From Macrostomum hystrix (lineage: Eukaryota; Animalia; Platyhelminthes), in NCBI GenBank assembly GCA_950097015.1, contig CATNEN010000039.1:6758001-6822000 (forward strand): a stretch of 64,000 nt of DNA, written 5' to 3'. The translations under genes were made by a program, and so were the position numbers. The notes under the pieces were generated by a model. The model did not search any database and was not told where the DNA came from. It was given only the letters and a program-made list of their open reading frames with translations. The stretch's first letter is position 1. Every line of letters starts with the position of its first letter. This document shows positions 13,875 through 26,674 of this stretch, one piece after another.

Positions 13875-14038
13875 TGATGGATTAGTGGATAAATAGTGGC
13901 TATTGAATAAGATGGATGGATTAGTGGATAGCTATTGAATAAGATGGATGGATTAGTGGATAGCTATTGAATAAGATGGATGGATTAGTGGATAGCTATT
14001 GAATAAGATGGATGGATTAGTGGATAGCTATTGAATAA
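13875..14038 (+). repeat. 32-bp tandem repeat, ~5 copies
   Basis: GATGGATGGATTAGTGGATAGCTATTGAATAA repeated. Confidence 0.9.
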
Positions 14039-14335
14039 CAGCTCGCCAATGCAATCAGGCAGAATGCTCAACATACTCCAGTTTGCTGAGATTCGCTGTC
14101 CGCAGTGAGCTCAACTGCTCCCTAGCTAATATCACTCACGAACTAGACTGGGGTATCTACCCTAGTGAGCACATGCTGAGTAGGGATTTATCTGATCCCT
14201 GCCTGTCAGCGAGTATGGGCTCTCTGTGAGATGAATGGAGCATAATCGGAGCGGATTTATTCCCTGTCTCTTAGCTCCGATAGCAACTGGTGCTTGCACT
14301 TTTGGACTGCTCTGGTGGGAGTTGTATTAATATTA

Positions 14336-14830
<495 letters not shown>

Positions 14831-15238
14831 TTACGGGTATTAGGTAGTGACAAATTGAGGTCCCTAGAGCAGCTATAATTACGTAGTAGTTCCAACTGGG
14901 CTAGCAGGAACTGCCTGAAAGTCTTCAGTAAATCAGTAAGAAATATTTTCTCAAAACAAATTGATACTGGAGTATCAGTACTCAGTCTCTGAGATCTCGC
15001 CTAACCTGCGTGTTCAGCCTTTCGTCTAGCTCACGCACCTTGCTGATTAAGATTCCGGCTCGCTAGATTTTCTTTGATTAGTTCACATTTGCCAGTGAAT
15101 CTATGTCAATCAGCTAGGCCTACTTTTAGCATTCTTATATTAAGCCTTCACCGTGTTCGTACACTTTATTCCTGACTGCTTCAGCTAACTCAACTGTGAA
15201 ACGGATATCAGCATCACTTGGGATAGACTGACCCACAG

Positions 15239-15385
15239 AGGTTGTAGCCTTGTATGTCGGACTCACGACTTGAAGGTCGGGGTTCGATTCCCAACTTAGT
15301 GTCCTTTAGCAAGACACTTAACTCTGTATCGCCTCAGTTGACTGGGGTGTGGCGTCCCCAGTCCACGGATTGGGCAGCTGTACAC
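15239..15385 (+). mobile_element. tRNA-derived SINE copy with internal deletions
   Basis: GTCGGACTCACGACTTGAAGGTCGGGGTTCGATTCCC head and GTGTCCTTTAGCAAGACACTTAACTC body shared with five other copies. Confidence 0.8.
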
Positions 15386-15454
15386 AATGTTTAGAAGCCA
15401 ATCGAAGGGTCGATATAAGAATTAAAAAAATCAATCAATCGAAAACTCGCACAG

Positions 15455-15668
15455 GAAACTCTGCTGCTGCTGCTGGACCATTTAAAGCGGGTTGCATTGA
15501 AATCTAGCGTCAACAAGATGACTATCGACCAACTGGCCATTTGCCTGGCTCCAATGCTGCTGTATCCGTCACCACAGGCTGCGAGACAGATGGATCCAAG
15601 GCTGCTGCAGTTGGACCGCATGACTGAAGTGCTTCACTTCATCCTGCAGATCTGGATGGACAGCAGTG
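15455..15668 (+). CDS. syd-1: SYD-1-like exon 4 (RhoGAP C-terminal half: LLDHLKRV..NKM..LAICLAP)
   Basis: RhoGAP motif; CAG acceptor, GTGAG donor. Confidence 0.92.
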
Positions 15669-15750
15669 GTGAGAATGTCTATGGGCCGGGTCCTCTGAAA
15701 GGCAAGGAAATAGGACTGCTCAACGTATTAGAGTAATTGTCAAACTGTAG

Positions 15751-16740
15751 CATTCACGGGTCAGAATGAAGGATTCACGGGTCAGACAGAAGGATTCACG
15801 GGTGAGACTGAATGATTCTCGGGTCAGACAGAAGGATTCACGGGTCAGAATGAAGGATTCACGGGTCAGACAGAAGGATTCACGGGTCAGAATGAAGGAT
15901 TCACGGGTCAGACAGAAGGATTCACGGGTCAGGCTGAAGGATTAACGGGTCAGACAGAAGGATTCACGGGTCAGAATGAAGGATTCACGGGTCAGACAGA
16001 AGGATTCACGGGTCAGGCTGAAGTATTCACGGGTCAGACAGAAGGATTCACGGGTCAGAATGAAGGATTCACGGGTCAGACAGAAGGATTCACGGGTCAG
16101 GCTGAAGGATTAACGGGTCAGGCTGAAGGATTCACGGGTCAGGCTGAAGGATTCACGGATCAGAATGAAGGATTCACGGGTTAGGCTGAAGGATTCACGG
16201 GTCGGAATCAAGGATTCATGGGTCAGAATGAAGGATTCACGGGTCAGAATGAAGGATTCACGGGTTAGGCTGAAGGATTCACGGGTCAGGCTGAAGGATT
16301 CACGGGTCAGGCTGAAGGATTCACGGGTCAGACTGAAGGATTCACGGGTCAGACTGAAGGATTCACGGGTCAGACACAAGGATTCACGGGTCAGACTGAA
16401 AGATTCACGGGTCAGGCTGAAGGATTCACGGGTCAGACAGAAGGATTCACGGGTCAGGCTGAAGTATTCACGGGTCAGACAGAAGGATTCACGGGTCAGA
16501 ATGAAGGATTCACGGGTCAGGCTGAAGGATTCACGGGTCAGACTGAAGGATTCACGGGTCAGACTGAAGGATTCACGGGTCAGACACAAGGATTCACGGG
16601 TCAGGCTGAAGGATTCACGGGTCAGGCTGAAGGATTCACGGGTCAGGCTGAAGGATTCACGGGTCAGGCTGAAGGATTCACAGGTCAGGCTGAAGGATTC
16701 ACGGGTCAGGCTGAAGGATTCACGGGTCAGGCTGAAGGAT
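15751..16740 (+). repeat. 21-bp intronic minisatellite (GAAGGATTCACGGGTCAGGCT)n
   Basis: Direct. Confidence 0.95.
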
Positions 16741-16817
16741 CGACTGGCTGAGTTAGAGGGCCTGGATGAAGTTCAACCATTCAGGAGCGAACCGCAGACA
16801 ACCATCACGGTTTCCAG

Positions 16818-17107
16818 ATCCGTTGGAATCTCAAAGTCAAACTCGTCGTCAGCAGCTGCAGTTGAGGTCCTCGGTGCCGTCATCAGCGCCGTCCATGTCG
16901 GCAGTCGATGGCGGCGGTCGTCAGCATCGCAGCAGAATCAGCTCGCTGGGCTCTGGGAGCGGCAGTGCGCATCAAGGCGCACCTCCTCAGCGACACAACA
17001 GCATCGGCGGCGGCGGCAGCGACTGCGGCCCGACGGGCGGCGGCATCGGACAGAGCCGTCGAGTGACGGCTTATCGCAGTCTGGCTGGCGACTTCGACCG
17101 AGTTTGA
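16818..17107 (+). CDS. syd-1: SYD-1-like last coding exon (S/G-rich tail)
   Basis: TTTCCAG acceptor in the required phase 1; TGA stop followed by AT-rich 3' UTR-like sequence. Confidence 0.75.
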
Positions 17108-17635
17108 AGCTTCGCAGCCGCGGTTCGCAGGTCAACCGATTGCCAAATTTCTCGCAGACTAAGCTGATGCTGTTCCATTTTACGCCCACAGGCCCAGCAA
17201 CAGGATTCTCGCATGCCTCGGTTTTAGTATTGTTTGCGAAGTTTTTTCCCCTCGACTCGTCCTCTACTACTAGATTTCGATGAATTTTTCGTTATTTCGT
17301 TGTAGTTTTTGATGACTTTTTAAACATGTTTTCTGTTGCTGCTGTTATTTATTTTCGAATATCGTTAGCTGCCATCTCCGCATGCTCTGGTGTTAATTGC
17401 ATTTCAAATCGCGAGTTTATTATTATTTTTGTTTCTCTTAAGTCTAAGCCATTTTTCGTTAATAAGACAAACTTTATGAAAGTCTGTCAAATCATCATAT
17501 ACTCGTAGTTTTGCGAATCAATTATGTGTTATTAGTTGGAAATTTATTCGCATAAAACTCCATTATAAAAAATCATATTGAAGGCCAACGGTATCAGGCT
17601 AAATCTAGACAATTTAAAAGGATTAATAATGACCT

Positions 17636-18244
17636 ATGACCCATGACCCACAGAATCCAGGGATGATGACCCATGACCCACAGAATCCAGGGATGATGAC
17701 CCATGACCCACAGAATCCAGGGATGATGACCCATGACCCACAGAATCCAGGGATGATGACCCATGACCCACAGAATCCAGGGACGATGACCCATGACCCA
17801 CAGAATCCAGGGATGATAACCCATGACCACACAGAATCCAGGGATGATGACCCATGACCCACAGAATCCAGGGATGATGACCCATGACCACACAGAATCC
17901 AGGGATGATGACCCATGACCCACAGAATCCAGGGATGATGACCCATGACCACACAGAATCCAGGGATGATGACCCATGACCACACAGAATCCAGGGATGA
18001 TGACCCATGACCCACAGAATCCAGGGATGATGACCCATTACCCACAGAATCCAGGGATGATGACTTATGACCCACAGAATCCAGGGATGATGACCCATGA
18101 CCCACAGAATCCAGGGATGATGACCCATGACCCACAGAATCCAGGGATGATGACCCATTACCCACAGAATCCAGGGATGATGACCCATGACCCACAGAAT
18201 CCAGGGATGATGACCCATGACCCACAGAATCCAGGGATGATGAC
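17636..18244 (+). repeat. 30-bp minisatellite (ATGACCCATGACCCACAGAATCCAGGGATG)n
   Basis: Direct. Confidence 0.95.
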
Positions 18245-18676
18245 TAAAAAATCGAGGTATTATGACCCACGACTCAAAAAACAAACTAATCATCTTGACT
18301 CACAACTATTAAAGCCATTGTGAGAAAGTCTTACTGCCGTGGGGATTTTATTTTTTGTTTAATCTTAAGCAACCCTGACATAACACTGAATAATTTCATG
18401 CCGTCATTAGAACCACAAGTTTCTGTGAGACTGTTGTGTATTGTTTGCCATTTATCAAACAGTATCTAAAAACATTTTTACTGTATTTTCTCCCATTGTG
18501 AATTCGTTCGGCACTTTAGTATTCAGCATTGGTTGATTGGCTGTAAGCTATTTTTTACCTACAGTACAATGGCTCCATATTCCCATCTAAGATGTCGGTA
18601 ACTTTTTTTCAAAACATTGCAAAATGTTAACTGTCTAATAATACAATTACTCACTCACTTACTCACTCACGGATGT

Positions 18677-18738
18677 TAGTTGGTTAGAGCGTCGTGCTGA
18701 TAACGCGAAGGTCGAGGGTTCGACCCCCTCCCCGGCCA
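18677..18738 (+). tRNA. 5'-truncated tRNA-Ile-like sequence with anticodon GAT (likely pseudogene)
   Basis: AGTTGGTTAGAGC D-loop; anticodon arm TCGTG-CTGATAA-CGCGA; T arm GAGGG-TTCGACC-CCCTC; 3' acceptor strand CCCGGCCA then a T6 run; expected 5' GGCCGGG..GCTC absent. Confidence 0.75.
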
Positions 18739-19032
18739 TATACTTTTTTCCGTCTCAAAAACATTTAAAAAAACAAAACACAATTTTGCTTAAGACTAAA
18801 AAAACTACTCGTTTTGTTATTATAAAATTCGCAAAAACTCTAAAGCACTACTAAAATTAGCACGTACTGCTTATAAGTTTGATACAAAATACTTAACTAA
18901 CTTTCCTAATATTGCGTTGCAAAAAATGTGAATTATTATATCTCTTAACTGCAATATATTCCTTTCCGGGACTGTGAAGAAATATTCGCAAGAACCTTTT
19001 TTTCTGCTACAACTTCTTTACTAAACATTTTT

Positions 19033-19957
19033 GAGTGAGTGATTAAGTGAGTGAGTGAGCGAGTGAGTGAGTGAGTGAGTGAGTGAGTGAGTGAGTGAGT
19101 GAGTGAGTGATTAAGTGAGTGAGTGAGCGAGTGAGTGAGTGAGTGAGTGATTAAGTGAGTGAGTGAGTAAGCGAGCGAGTGAGTGAGTGAGTGAGTGAGT
19201 GAGTGAGTGAGCGAGTGAGTGAGTGAGTGAGTGAGTGAGTGATTAAGTGAGTGAGTGATTAAGTGAGTGAGTGATTAAGTGAGTGAGTGATTAAGTGAGT
19301 GATTAAGTGAGTGAGTGAGTGAGTGAGTGAGTGAGTGAGTGAGTGAGCGAGTGAGTGAGTGAGTGCTTAAGTGAGTGAGTGAGTGAGCGCGTGAGTGAGT
19401 GAGTGAGTGAGTGATTAAGTGAGTGAGTGAGTGAGTGAGTGAGTGAGTGAGTGAGTGAGTGATTAAGTGAGTGAGTGATTAAGTGAGTGAGTGAGTGAGC
19501 GAGTGAGTGAGTGAGTGAGTGAGTGAGTGAGTGATTAAGTGAGCGAGTGAGTGAGCGAGTGAGTGAGTGAGTGAGTGAGTGAGTGATTAAGTGAGTGAGT
19601 GAGTGAGCGAGTGAGTGAGTGAGTGAGTGAGTGAGTGATTAAGTGAGCGAGTGAGTGAGCGAGTGAGCGAGTGAGTGAGCGAGTGAGTGAGTGAGTGAGT
19701 GAGTGAGTGAGTGAGTGAATGAGTGAGTGAGTGATTAAGTGAGTGAGTGATTAAGTGAGTGAGTGAGCGCGTGAGTGAGTGAGTGAGTGAGTGAGTGAGT
19801 GAGCGAGTGAGTGAGTGAGTGAGTGAGTGAGTGAGTGATTAAGTGAGCGAGTGAGTGAGCGAGTGAGTGAGTGAGTGAGTGAGTGAGTGAGTGATTAAGT
19901 GAGCGAGTGAGTGAGCGAGTGAGTGAGCGAGTGAGTGAGTGAGTGAGTGAGTGAATG
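19033..19957 (+). repeat. (GAGT)n microsatellite with the same variants as 2321-2836
   Basis: Direct. Confidence 0.95.
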
Positions 19958-20444
19958 CAACAAAGCCAGGCAAACAGCTTATGCTATATAAATGATACAC
20001 ATTTAGCCTTGCAGTCAAGTGGGGCAGTGTATTTGCTATTTTCTTGTTTATTTGAGATATTTGGCAGCAAAGAACTGCATATACGGTTTTAAATCAGCCC
20101 CAGAGATATGCTAAAGCTCAAATACTGCCAGTTTACAATAGACCGATCTTAGGATGTTAGTCTAGGATTACATCCATCATCTAGAGACATAAACAATTTA
20201 GTGACGAACTGATATATCGCCACATTTTTCACGGGATTCAAAAATATCTAATTTTTAGGAAACACTCCTGGTGTAAAAATGTAAGACATAGAACTGTCTA
20301 GGATACAAAATAAATTCTTATGTGAGATAACAATTCTCAAGTAAAAATGGAATGAGAAGATAATCAATACACTCATAGCTATATTTTGATAAAAACATTA
20401 GTTCTTTAGGAAACTTGAATTTCATTGTGAGTCAGGTTGTCCAG

Positions 20445-20877
20445 TGAGTCAGACTGTCTGGTGGGTCAGGCTGTCTGGTGGCTTAAGCCGTCTTGTGGGT
20501 CAAGCTGTCTGGTGGGTCAGGCTGTCTTGTGGGTCAGGCTGTATTGTGGGTCAGGCTGTCTGGTGGGTCAGGCTGTCTGGTGGGTCAGGCTGTCTGTTGG
20601 GTCAGGCTTTATTGTGGGTCAGGCTGTCTGGTGGGTCAGGCTGTCTTGCGGGTCAGGCTGTATTGTGGGTCAGGCTGTCTGGTGGGTCAGGCTGTCTGGT
20701 GGGTCAGGCTGTCTGGTGGGTCAGGCTGTCTGGTGGGTCAGGCTGTCTTGTGGGTCAGGCTGTATTGTGGGTCAGGCTGTCTGGTGGGTCAGGCTGTCTG
20801 GTGGGTCAGGCTGTCTGGTGGGTCAAGCTGTCTGGTCGGTCAGGCTGTCTTGTGGGTCAGGTTGTCTGGTGGGTCAC
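20445..20877 (+). repeat. 17-bp minisatellite (GGTGGGTCAGGCTGTCT)n
   Basis: Direct. Confidence 0.95.
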
Positions 20878-21181
20878 ATTGTATGGAACCTGCAGTCTAT
20901 GAGTTAACCAGTTATCAGACAGAAATAGCATGTCTAATGTTTAATATTCAATTGACCAATATCGGAAAGAGGAAAGCTTAGGAATCACAATAAAGGGTCA
21001 TGAGCCACTATGCATAAGATAACGCAATTACATCAGTTCAGCAAGTTGTTACCAAAGGCCAAAGCGAGAGGAACGGAATAGAAAAATAAAAAGAATAAAA
21101 GCGAAGAAAGCAAATTCAAACAAAGCGCAAACAAAATGTTTATCGCATTGGCATCTGCACCTGAGCAGTGCTGGCTCACTC

Positions 21182-21288
21182 CTAGCCATTGTAGCCATAG
21201 TCGGCTTTGTTGTGCATCACCAGGCGATCGTTAACAAAATAGAAGCTGTCACTCTTGGTTTCAAACGGGTTGTCAATCATCTCGTTGA
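21182..21288 (-). CDS. unc-119: UNC119 exon 5 ([35 protein letters not shown])
   Basis: Highly conserved UNC119 C-terminus; TTCCAG acceptor; TAG stop. Confidence 0.95.
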
Positions 21289-21363
21289 CTGGAATAAAAG
21301 CATAAACATATAATCATGACTATTTATTAAATGATTTTGTACAACAAGCAACAGGGGACTCAC

Positions 21364-21536
21364 TTTCATCCTGGCTCAGGCTGGGAAACTCGTAGATGTG
21401 CTCGACGGTGTTTTTCGAGTGCGGTATAACAAAGCCGAAGTCGAAGTCGAATGACTTCAACAGCCGGTCTCGAAAATAGTGCCTCTCAATCATGCGAAAC
21501 TTTGTGATCTCCAGGTCGCCAACTGTGAACTCGATT
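21364..21536 (-). CDS. unc-119: UNC119 exon 4 ([33 protein letters not shown])
   Basis: Conserved UNC119 (PDE-delta-like fold) motif; GT-AG sites. Confidence 0.95.
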
Positions 21537-21862
21537 CTAAAATAGCGATTGACAATGTCAAAACACTCGTTATAAATTGTACTTTACAAGTGCAGATTTC
21601 TGTAGAAATATATTTAAAAAATCTAATGAACTACTTCAAGTAGCTAATAACAGTAGAAAGACCAAGCTATTTCCCCCCAGGGGAAAGACCATGGGGGTAT
21701 TTCAAATACCCACTGCCTATTTCAAATACCCACAGCTCCCGAACCGAATGACCGACTTTCGTGAAAGTCCGCCATATGGATTCAAAGGAAAAAAGTAACT
21801 CCTAGCTCGTAGAATATTCGGCACAGGCTGCAAACTAAAAAGTGAAGATAGAAAATTCTCAC

Positions 21863-21956
21863 GTGGCTCCAACGGTCTTGAGTCTGAGAAACTCTTTAGG
21901 GAACTGGTAGCGAATGAATCTTCCCGCATTCGGGTCATCCAAGTTCTGTACCATAT
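21863..21956 (-). CDS. unc-119: UNC119 exon 3 ([25 protein letters not shown])
   Basis: Conserved motif; phases fit. Confidence 0.95.
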
Positions 21957-22049
21957 CTGGAAACGGCAGCGTAAACTAATGAGCAAGTGCAATAAAAGCG
22001 GATTTATGCTCTACTAAATTTGGTGTGCTCATAGAAATGCCCGAGTTAC

Positions 22050-22163
22050 CTGCTTCTGGCGGCTTAGCCACTTCAAATAGAACATGGCCCGTTAGTAAGT
22101 CTCGCAGTTTGAACCTGGTGAACTCAATTTCATATTTATTAGCATCCGTGCCGCACAAGTACT
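22050..22163 (-). CDS. unc-119: UNC119 exon 2 (YLCGTDANKYEIEFTRFKLRD..LFEVAKP)
   Basis: Conserved motif; phases fit. Confidence 0.95.
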
Positions 22164-22763
22164 CTGCAATAAATGGTGCTTCAAAATTTATCGTAACGCT
22201 TCTAACAAAAAGATTAAAGCAAACTTTAATTTTTATATAAGAAATTGTAACCTAATGTGCTCATGTCGTGCTCATCGAAAATCTCTTATCACTGTTTTCC
22301 CTGCTACTGCAGTATATCAGGGGCCGTTTATTTGCTCAGATTCAGCCGTTCGGTAAATTATAAAGAATGGCAGAAAACTCATAACAACTTAATTATTTTT
22401 ATATTGTTCAGTCTTTCCGAGTTCGAGTAATAAAACGAGTTATTAATTTTTACACCTTAATTGTTTTGTCCTGAACTCAGTTTTTATGTAAACAAATAGG
22501 AACAAAGCTGATGAATAGATAATTAAAGAAACTTCACGTGTATGTCTATATTTAAGCTGAACAGAGTAAAGCTAAGTGGAAATAAGTTCCAACTATAGTC
22601 AATGACATTATGCCTCATTTTATATATTAATTTTATGATTAATCACTTGCTGAGTTCAGTTGGTACGTTTCATTTGCAATACATACAGACTGCTCAATAT
22701 GTGGACAAAGATGCTTGTGTTAATTTAAGACATTTAAAACTTAGTAGTACCACCTTTCCTCAC

Positions 22764-22917
22764 CTTTCGTGGCAGATTTTAACGAAAGCACATCCTCGGG
22801 ACGGATTGTGGCGGATTTCAGCAAATCCTCTTCTGTCTTGACTTTTAACTCGTTGGCTTTTCGCGACAACACACTACCTGATTTCTTCTTAGGGTTCGTC
22901 TTAGCTTGTGACGTCAT
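22764..22917 (-). CDS. unc-119: UNC119 exon 1 (MTSQAK..TEEDLLKSATIRPEDVLSL); whole protein 213 aa
   Basis: ATG at 22917; I-x-PEDVL motif; GTGAG donor in phase 1. Confidence 0.9.
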
Positions 22918-23328
22918 TCTGAGATATATAACTACAATACTAAGAGTTCTAAAAATATCGGCTGATAGTTATTTAAAATTATATTTAATTTCTTAAGTCA
23001 AATATATTGATATAAATTAAAAATGTTAATGTACACCCTGTGAAAAGACAGATAAAGAAAAAATAATTGCTTTTAGGATGAATTCATTTTCTTGTAGTTG
23101 GATTTTTCCATAAAATTAGAAATGTTGCGAGGAAATTAGTTTAAAACTTTGGTTTACAGGAAACGAAAAATTCGAGCGAAGCAAAATACATCAACGTTCC
23201 AATCTGAACCTGATTGTAACAGGACGCTCAGATATATATGTTATTTGTATTTATATAATTTCTATATTCAAGTCTATATTAAGTCTATCTCCATAAAAGT
23301 ATTACTAAGTCATCCAGAGTAATTTGCA
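22918..23328. promoter_or_regulatory. Probable bidirectional promoter region between UNC119 and DRP1
   Basis: Divergent start codons 411 bp apart; AT-rich and repeat-free. Confidence 0.55.
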
Positions 23329-23430
23329 ATGGAAGCTTTAATTCCTGTGATTAATAAACTGCAAGATGTTTTTAACACTGTTGGTTCAGAAGCAATTCAA
23401 CTTCCCCAAATTGTTGTGATTGGAACACAG
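23329..23430 (+). CDS. DNM1L: Dynamin-related protein 1 exon 1 ([25 protein letters not shown]); 8 exons, 670 aa
   Basis: Near-identical to the DRP1 N-terminus; GT donor. Confidence 0.97.
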
Positions 23431-23617
23431 GTAATACAAAAAGGTATTCTTTTAGCTTTTCATTAAAAATGTAAACAAAAAATTCTGTTAGTTATTAATT
23501 AGTAATATTGAGTTTCGGTAAAAGGAATATGTTTTTAATTTGTAACTTTATAGCTGGCTAAGTGAATTAAATCCAGCATATTGACAAAGGCAGTGCTTAT
23601 CCCCATGCTACTGTAGA

Positions 23618-24094
23618 AATAATTTTTGTCTTATTCCTACAGTACCATGGGAATAATTTCCTGCTTATCTGCATGGCACACTGACGAGATAGCTGTCCTA
23701 TCATCTATCTTTTTATCATGACAGCAATTTTCCTTTTTTCTTCCGGTTTTTAAAAGCAAGTAAACAAATTAAAGTTTTCAGCTTTTTTCGCAAGTAGTTA
23801 GGCCTACCCAATACGGTAGCTTTTTTAAGTATATAAAATATATATTTCTATTATTTATATATGTAAAAGAATACAACTGAAGTGTGTATTTTTCTAATCT
23901 TATAGCTCAAGCCTTCTAAGTCTATAATCCAGTCTATTACTTTATTCTAGGCCAAGTTAAAATAGGTCCATAAATTTTTATGGATGATAGATGATAGATA
24001 GAAATATATGATAGGACAGCTATCTTGTCAGTGTGCCGTGCGGATAAGCAGGAAATTATTCCCACGGTACTATAAGAATAAGACAAATATTATT
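23618..24094. mobile_element. MITE-like element with ~90-bp inverted arms (23618-23708 and 24004-24094)
   Basis: Arms align as reverse complements with 8 mismatches in ~91 bp; no TSD identified. Confidence 0.75.
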
Positions 24095-24254
24095 GCCTAT
24101 TGACAAAAATATTGCCAGCTACTCAAGAAAATGGAAAGCAAGTTTAGAAATAAAGCATTCCAGATAGCCTGTCACTAAGAGCATATTATTCTAGACAGTA
24201 ACCTCTTTGACTTTAGTCTAGGCCTTCCTAATTCACTAGCTAAATTATTTGTTA

Positions 24255-24895
24255 GGGTAATGTATCATCAACCGAACAAGAATATGCATTTTTTAACTTC
24301 AAACCTAAGCTACAGATTTTCTATTTAAGATATCATGATAAATCAAAAGCCAAGTTATAGAAAACTGTTTTGTCTTTTTAAATAGTATCTGGTTTTGCAA
24401 TTTTGTCAAATAGAAAAAAGTTATTCATGTTTTTCATCTAAAACCAAACGATGATTTTCATGTATCTTCAAACCAAACAGAGAATTTGATGTTCGGTTTT
24501 AAAATTTGAGTGAGTGGTTTAATCTTATTTTAAGGAGTGATCTATCATGAATTATGTGATTTGAAAGCATTTTTCATGCTCTATAAATAACTACATTTAT
24601 GGTAATTTAATTGGAAAGCAACCACATACAATCTTAGTCTAAAGTACATGCTAAAAAAATGCTATTAAAAAGTATGCTTTTGTGATAAAAAATTCTACTG
24701 AAACATCCAAATCTTTCTTTCCTTTTAATGCTTCATTGCATGTCATGCCTTAGCTTGTAAATAATTTCATTGACATTCAAAATGGTTGTTCTGTGAAATA
24801 CAATAGCTTGTTTCTGTCTTGCACAAGACCAATGAAGGAGTCAAAATTCTTGTTCAGTTTTGAAGATACACTGTTCGGTTGATGATACTTTACCC
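24255..24895. mobile_element. ~640-bp MITE with ~24-bp TIRs (GGGTAAWGTATCATCAACCGAACA), flanked by TA on both sides
   Basis: TA|GGGTAATGTATCATCAACCGAACA ... TGTTCGGTTGATGATACTTTACCC|TA. Confidence 0.75.
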
Positions 24896-25831
24896 TAGTT
24901 TTAAATATGAACAAAGCTGACTTAAAAAGTTTTAAGCTAACTTTTTTGCTTTATAGAAGTGTAATTTAGGGTCAGCTTTCTAATGTTACTAGAAGACTAT
25001 TTAATTATGCTGTTATAACATTCCCCAGCAGGATAGGATAGGAATCTATGTTAAAAAAAGAATTATTTTCTTGGTCTTGTTATCGATACAATTTTTGGTT
25101 AATTTTCTTATTATTTTTTTGTTAATTATTATATTCATATATAGCTAGTAGAAGTTAATAGAAAATTTGATTCTTGGTTTGTTAAGTTCTGTTTTCCATT
25201 AAAATTTGTGTGTAACTTTAAATTATTGCAATAGGTCATAATACTTATTAGGCTTATCTATTACTAGGAATGTGTAGGAAAAGCCATAGATGTTTTTGCA
25301 TTTCTGATTCAGATGTTTTTATACAATTGTTTTATCAATAGACTGAATGGATGCCATACCCACAAACTTTCCTTCACTAATCTTGATTTTCACTGCAAAG
25401 TGAGTCAAACACCACAACACAACCACTATGCTAAAACCCATTCTAAGCTTTCATTCCTAGTTTTTATGCCTAACTATTTAGGTCATATGGTTGATGACAA
25501 TTGCTAATCAGTGTTGCAGCATCTTTTGAATTTGATAAAAAGTGCTTGATGCAATTAACAATCAAATGCATATAGTTATTTAAATATAGTATTGCAAAAC
25601 TGAAATTTTAATAATCAAAAAGGTTAATGTTGCTTTTGTATAAATATTTTATGATACATTTTAAATTAGTAAAAATATTTTGTTTTGTACTACTCTCTAC
25701 CAAAGCTTCCACAGTTAGATTACTTATTCAGTATCCAGACATTATTTATTGCTCTTACTTGACAGCTACACTCAATCAACAGTTTAGCTAGTTTACTATC
25801 TCTTCTAATGTATTTCCCCATCCAAATACAG

Positions 25832-25964
25832 AGTTCAGGAAAGAGCTCAGTGCTAGAGAGTCTTGTTGGCAGAGATTTTCTACCACGAGGCACTGGCATT
25901 GTGACTAGGCGACCACTAGTGCTACAGTTAGTGCATCTCGAGGCAGATGAAAAGGATGATGCTG
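25832..25964 (+). CDS. DNM1L: DRP1 exon 2 ([29 protein letters not shown]; P-loop and G2)
   Basis: Dynamin GTPase motifs; GT-AG sites. Confidence 0.97.
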
Positions 25965-26249
25965 GTAAGATCGATTCATAATTATTACTTTTGAAATATG
26001 TTGAATGCTTGTTTGTGTATAGCTTATTTTTAGGATTGTCCTAAAATGCTAAATATGACTTTAGTAAATATGACCAAATATATATTGATCTAAGTCAAGA
26101 TGTTAAATCAAGTTTGATGTACATCCATTTGTTTGGTGTATTTATCATTTAAGGTTAGTTGTTGTTTTAGTTCAATGATCAGAACTATAATGAATATATG
26201 AATAATCATAGTCATTCTATGATTATCTTGATCAAACTTCGTCAATAAA

Positions 26250-26652
26250 ATATAGATCTCGGTAAAAGAACATCTAATAGATATTGGTAATTGAATATAG
26301 ATCTTGGTCATAGATTATAGATCTTGGTAATTGAATATAGATCTTGGTCATAGATTATAGATCTTGGTAATTGAATATACATCTTGGTTATTGAGAATAG
26401 GTTTTGGTCATTGCATGTAGATCTTGGTCATAGAATATAGATCTTGGTAGTTGAATATAGATCTTTGTAATTGAATATAGATCTTGGTCATAGAATATAC
26501 ATCTTGGTTATTGAGAATAGATTTTGGTCATTGAGTATGGATTTTGCTCATTGAGTATAGATTTTGCTCATTGAGTATAGATTTTGGTCATTGAGTATAG
26601 TTTTTGGTCATTGAGAATAGATTTTGGTCATTGCATGTAGATCTTGATCATG
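26250..26652 (+). repeat. 20-bp intronic minisatellite (TAGATYTTGGTCATTGARTA)n
   Basis: Direct. Confidence 0.9.
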
Positions 26653-26674
26653 ATAAAACCTAATTCGGTTGCAG

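Noticed and set aside
15255-15295. Functional tRNA genes at the SINE heads (also 27229, 39000, 43400, 62150, 63590)
   Set aside because: No complete cloverleaf; each continues into the same SINE body
16165-17283. 372-aa KDSRVRL-repeat coiled-coil-like ORF
   Set aside because: 21-bp intronic array (multiple of 3); the real exon starts at 16818 in another frame
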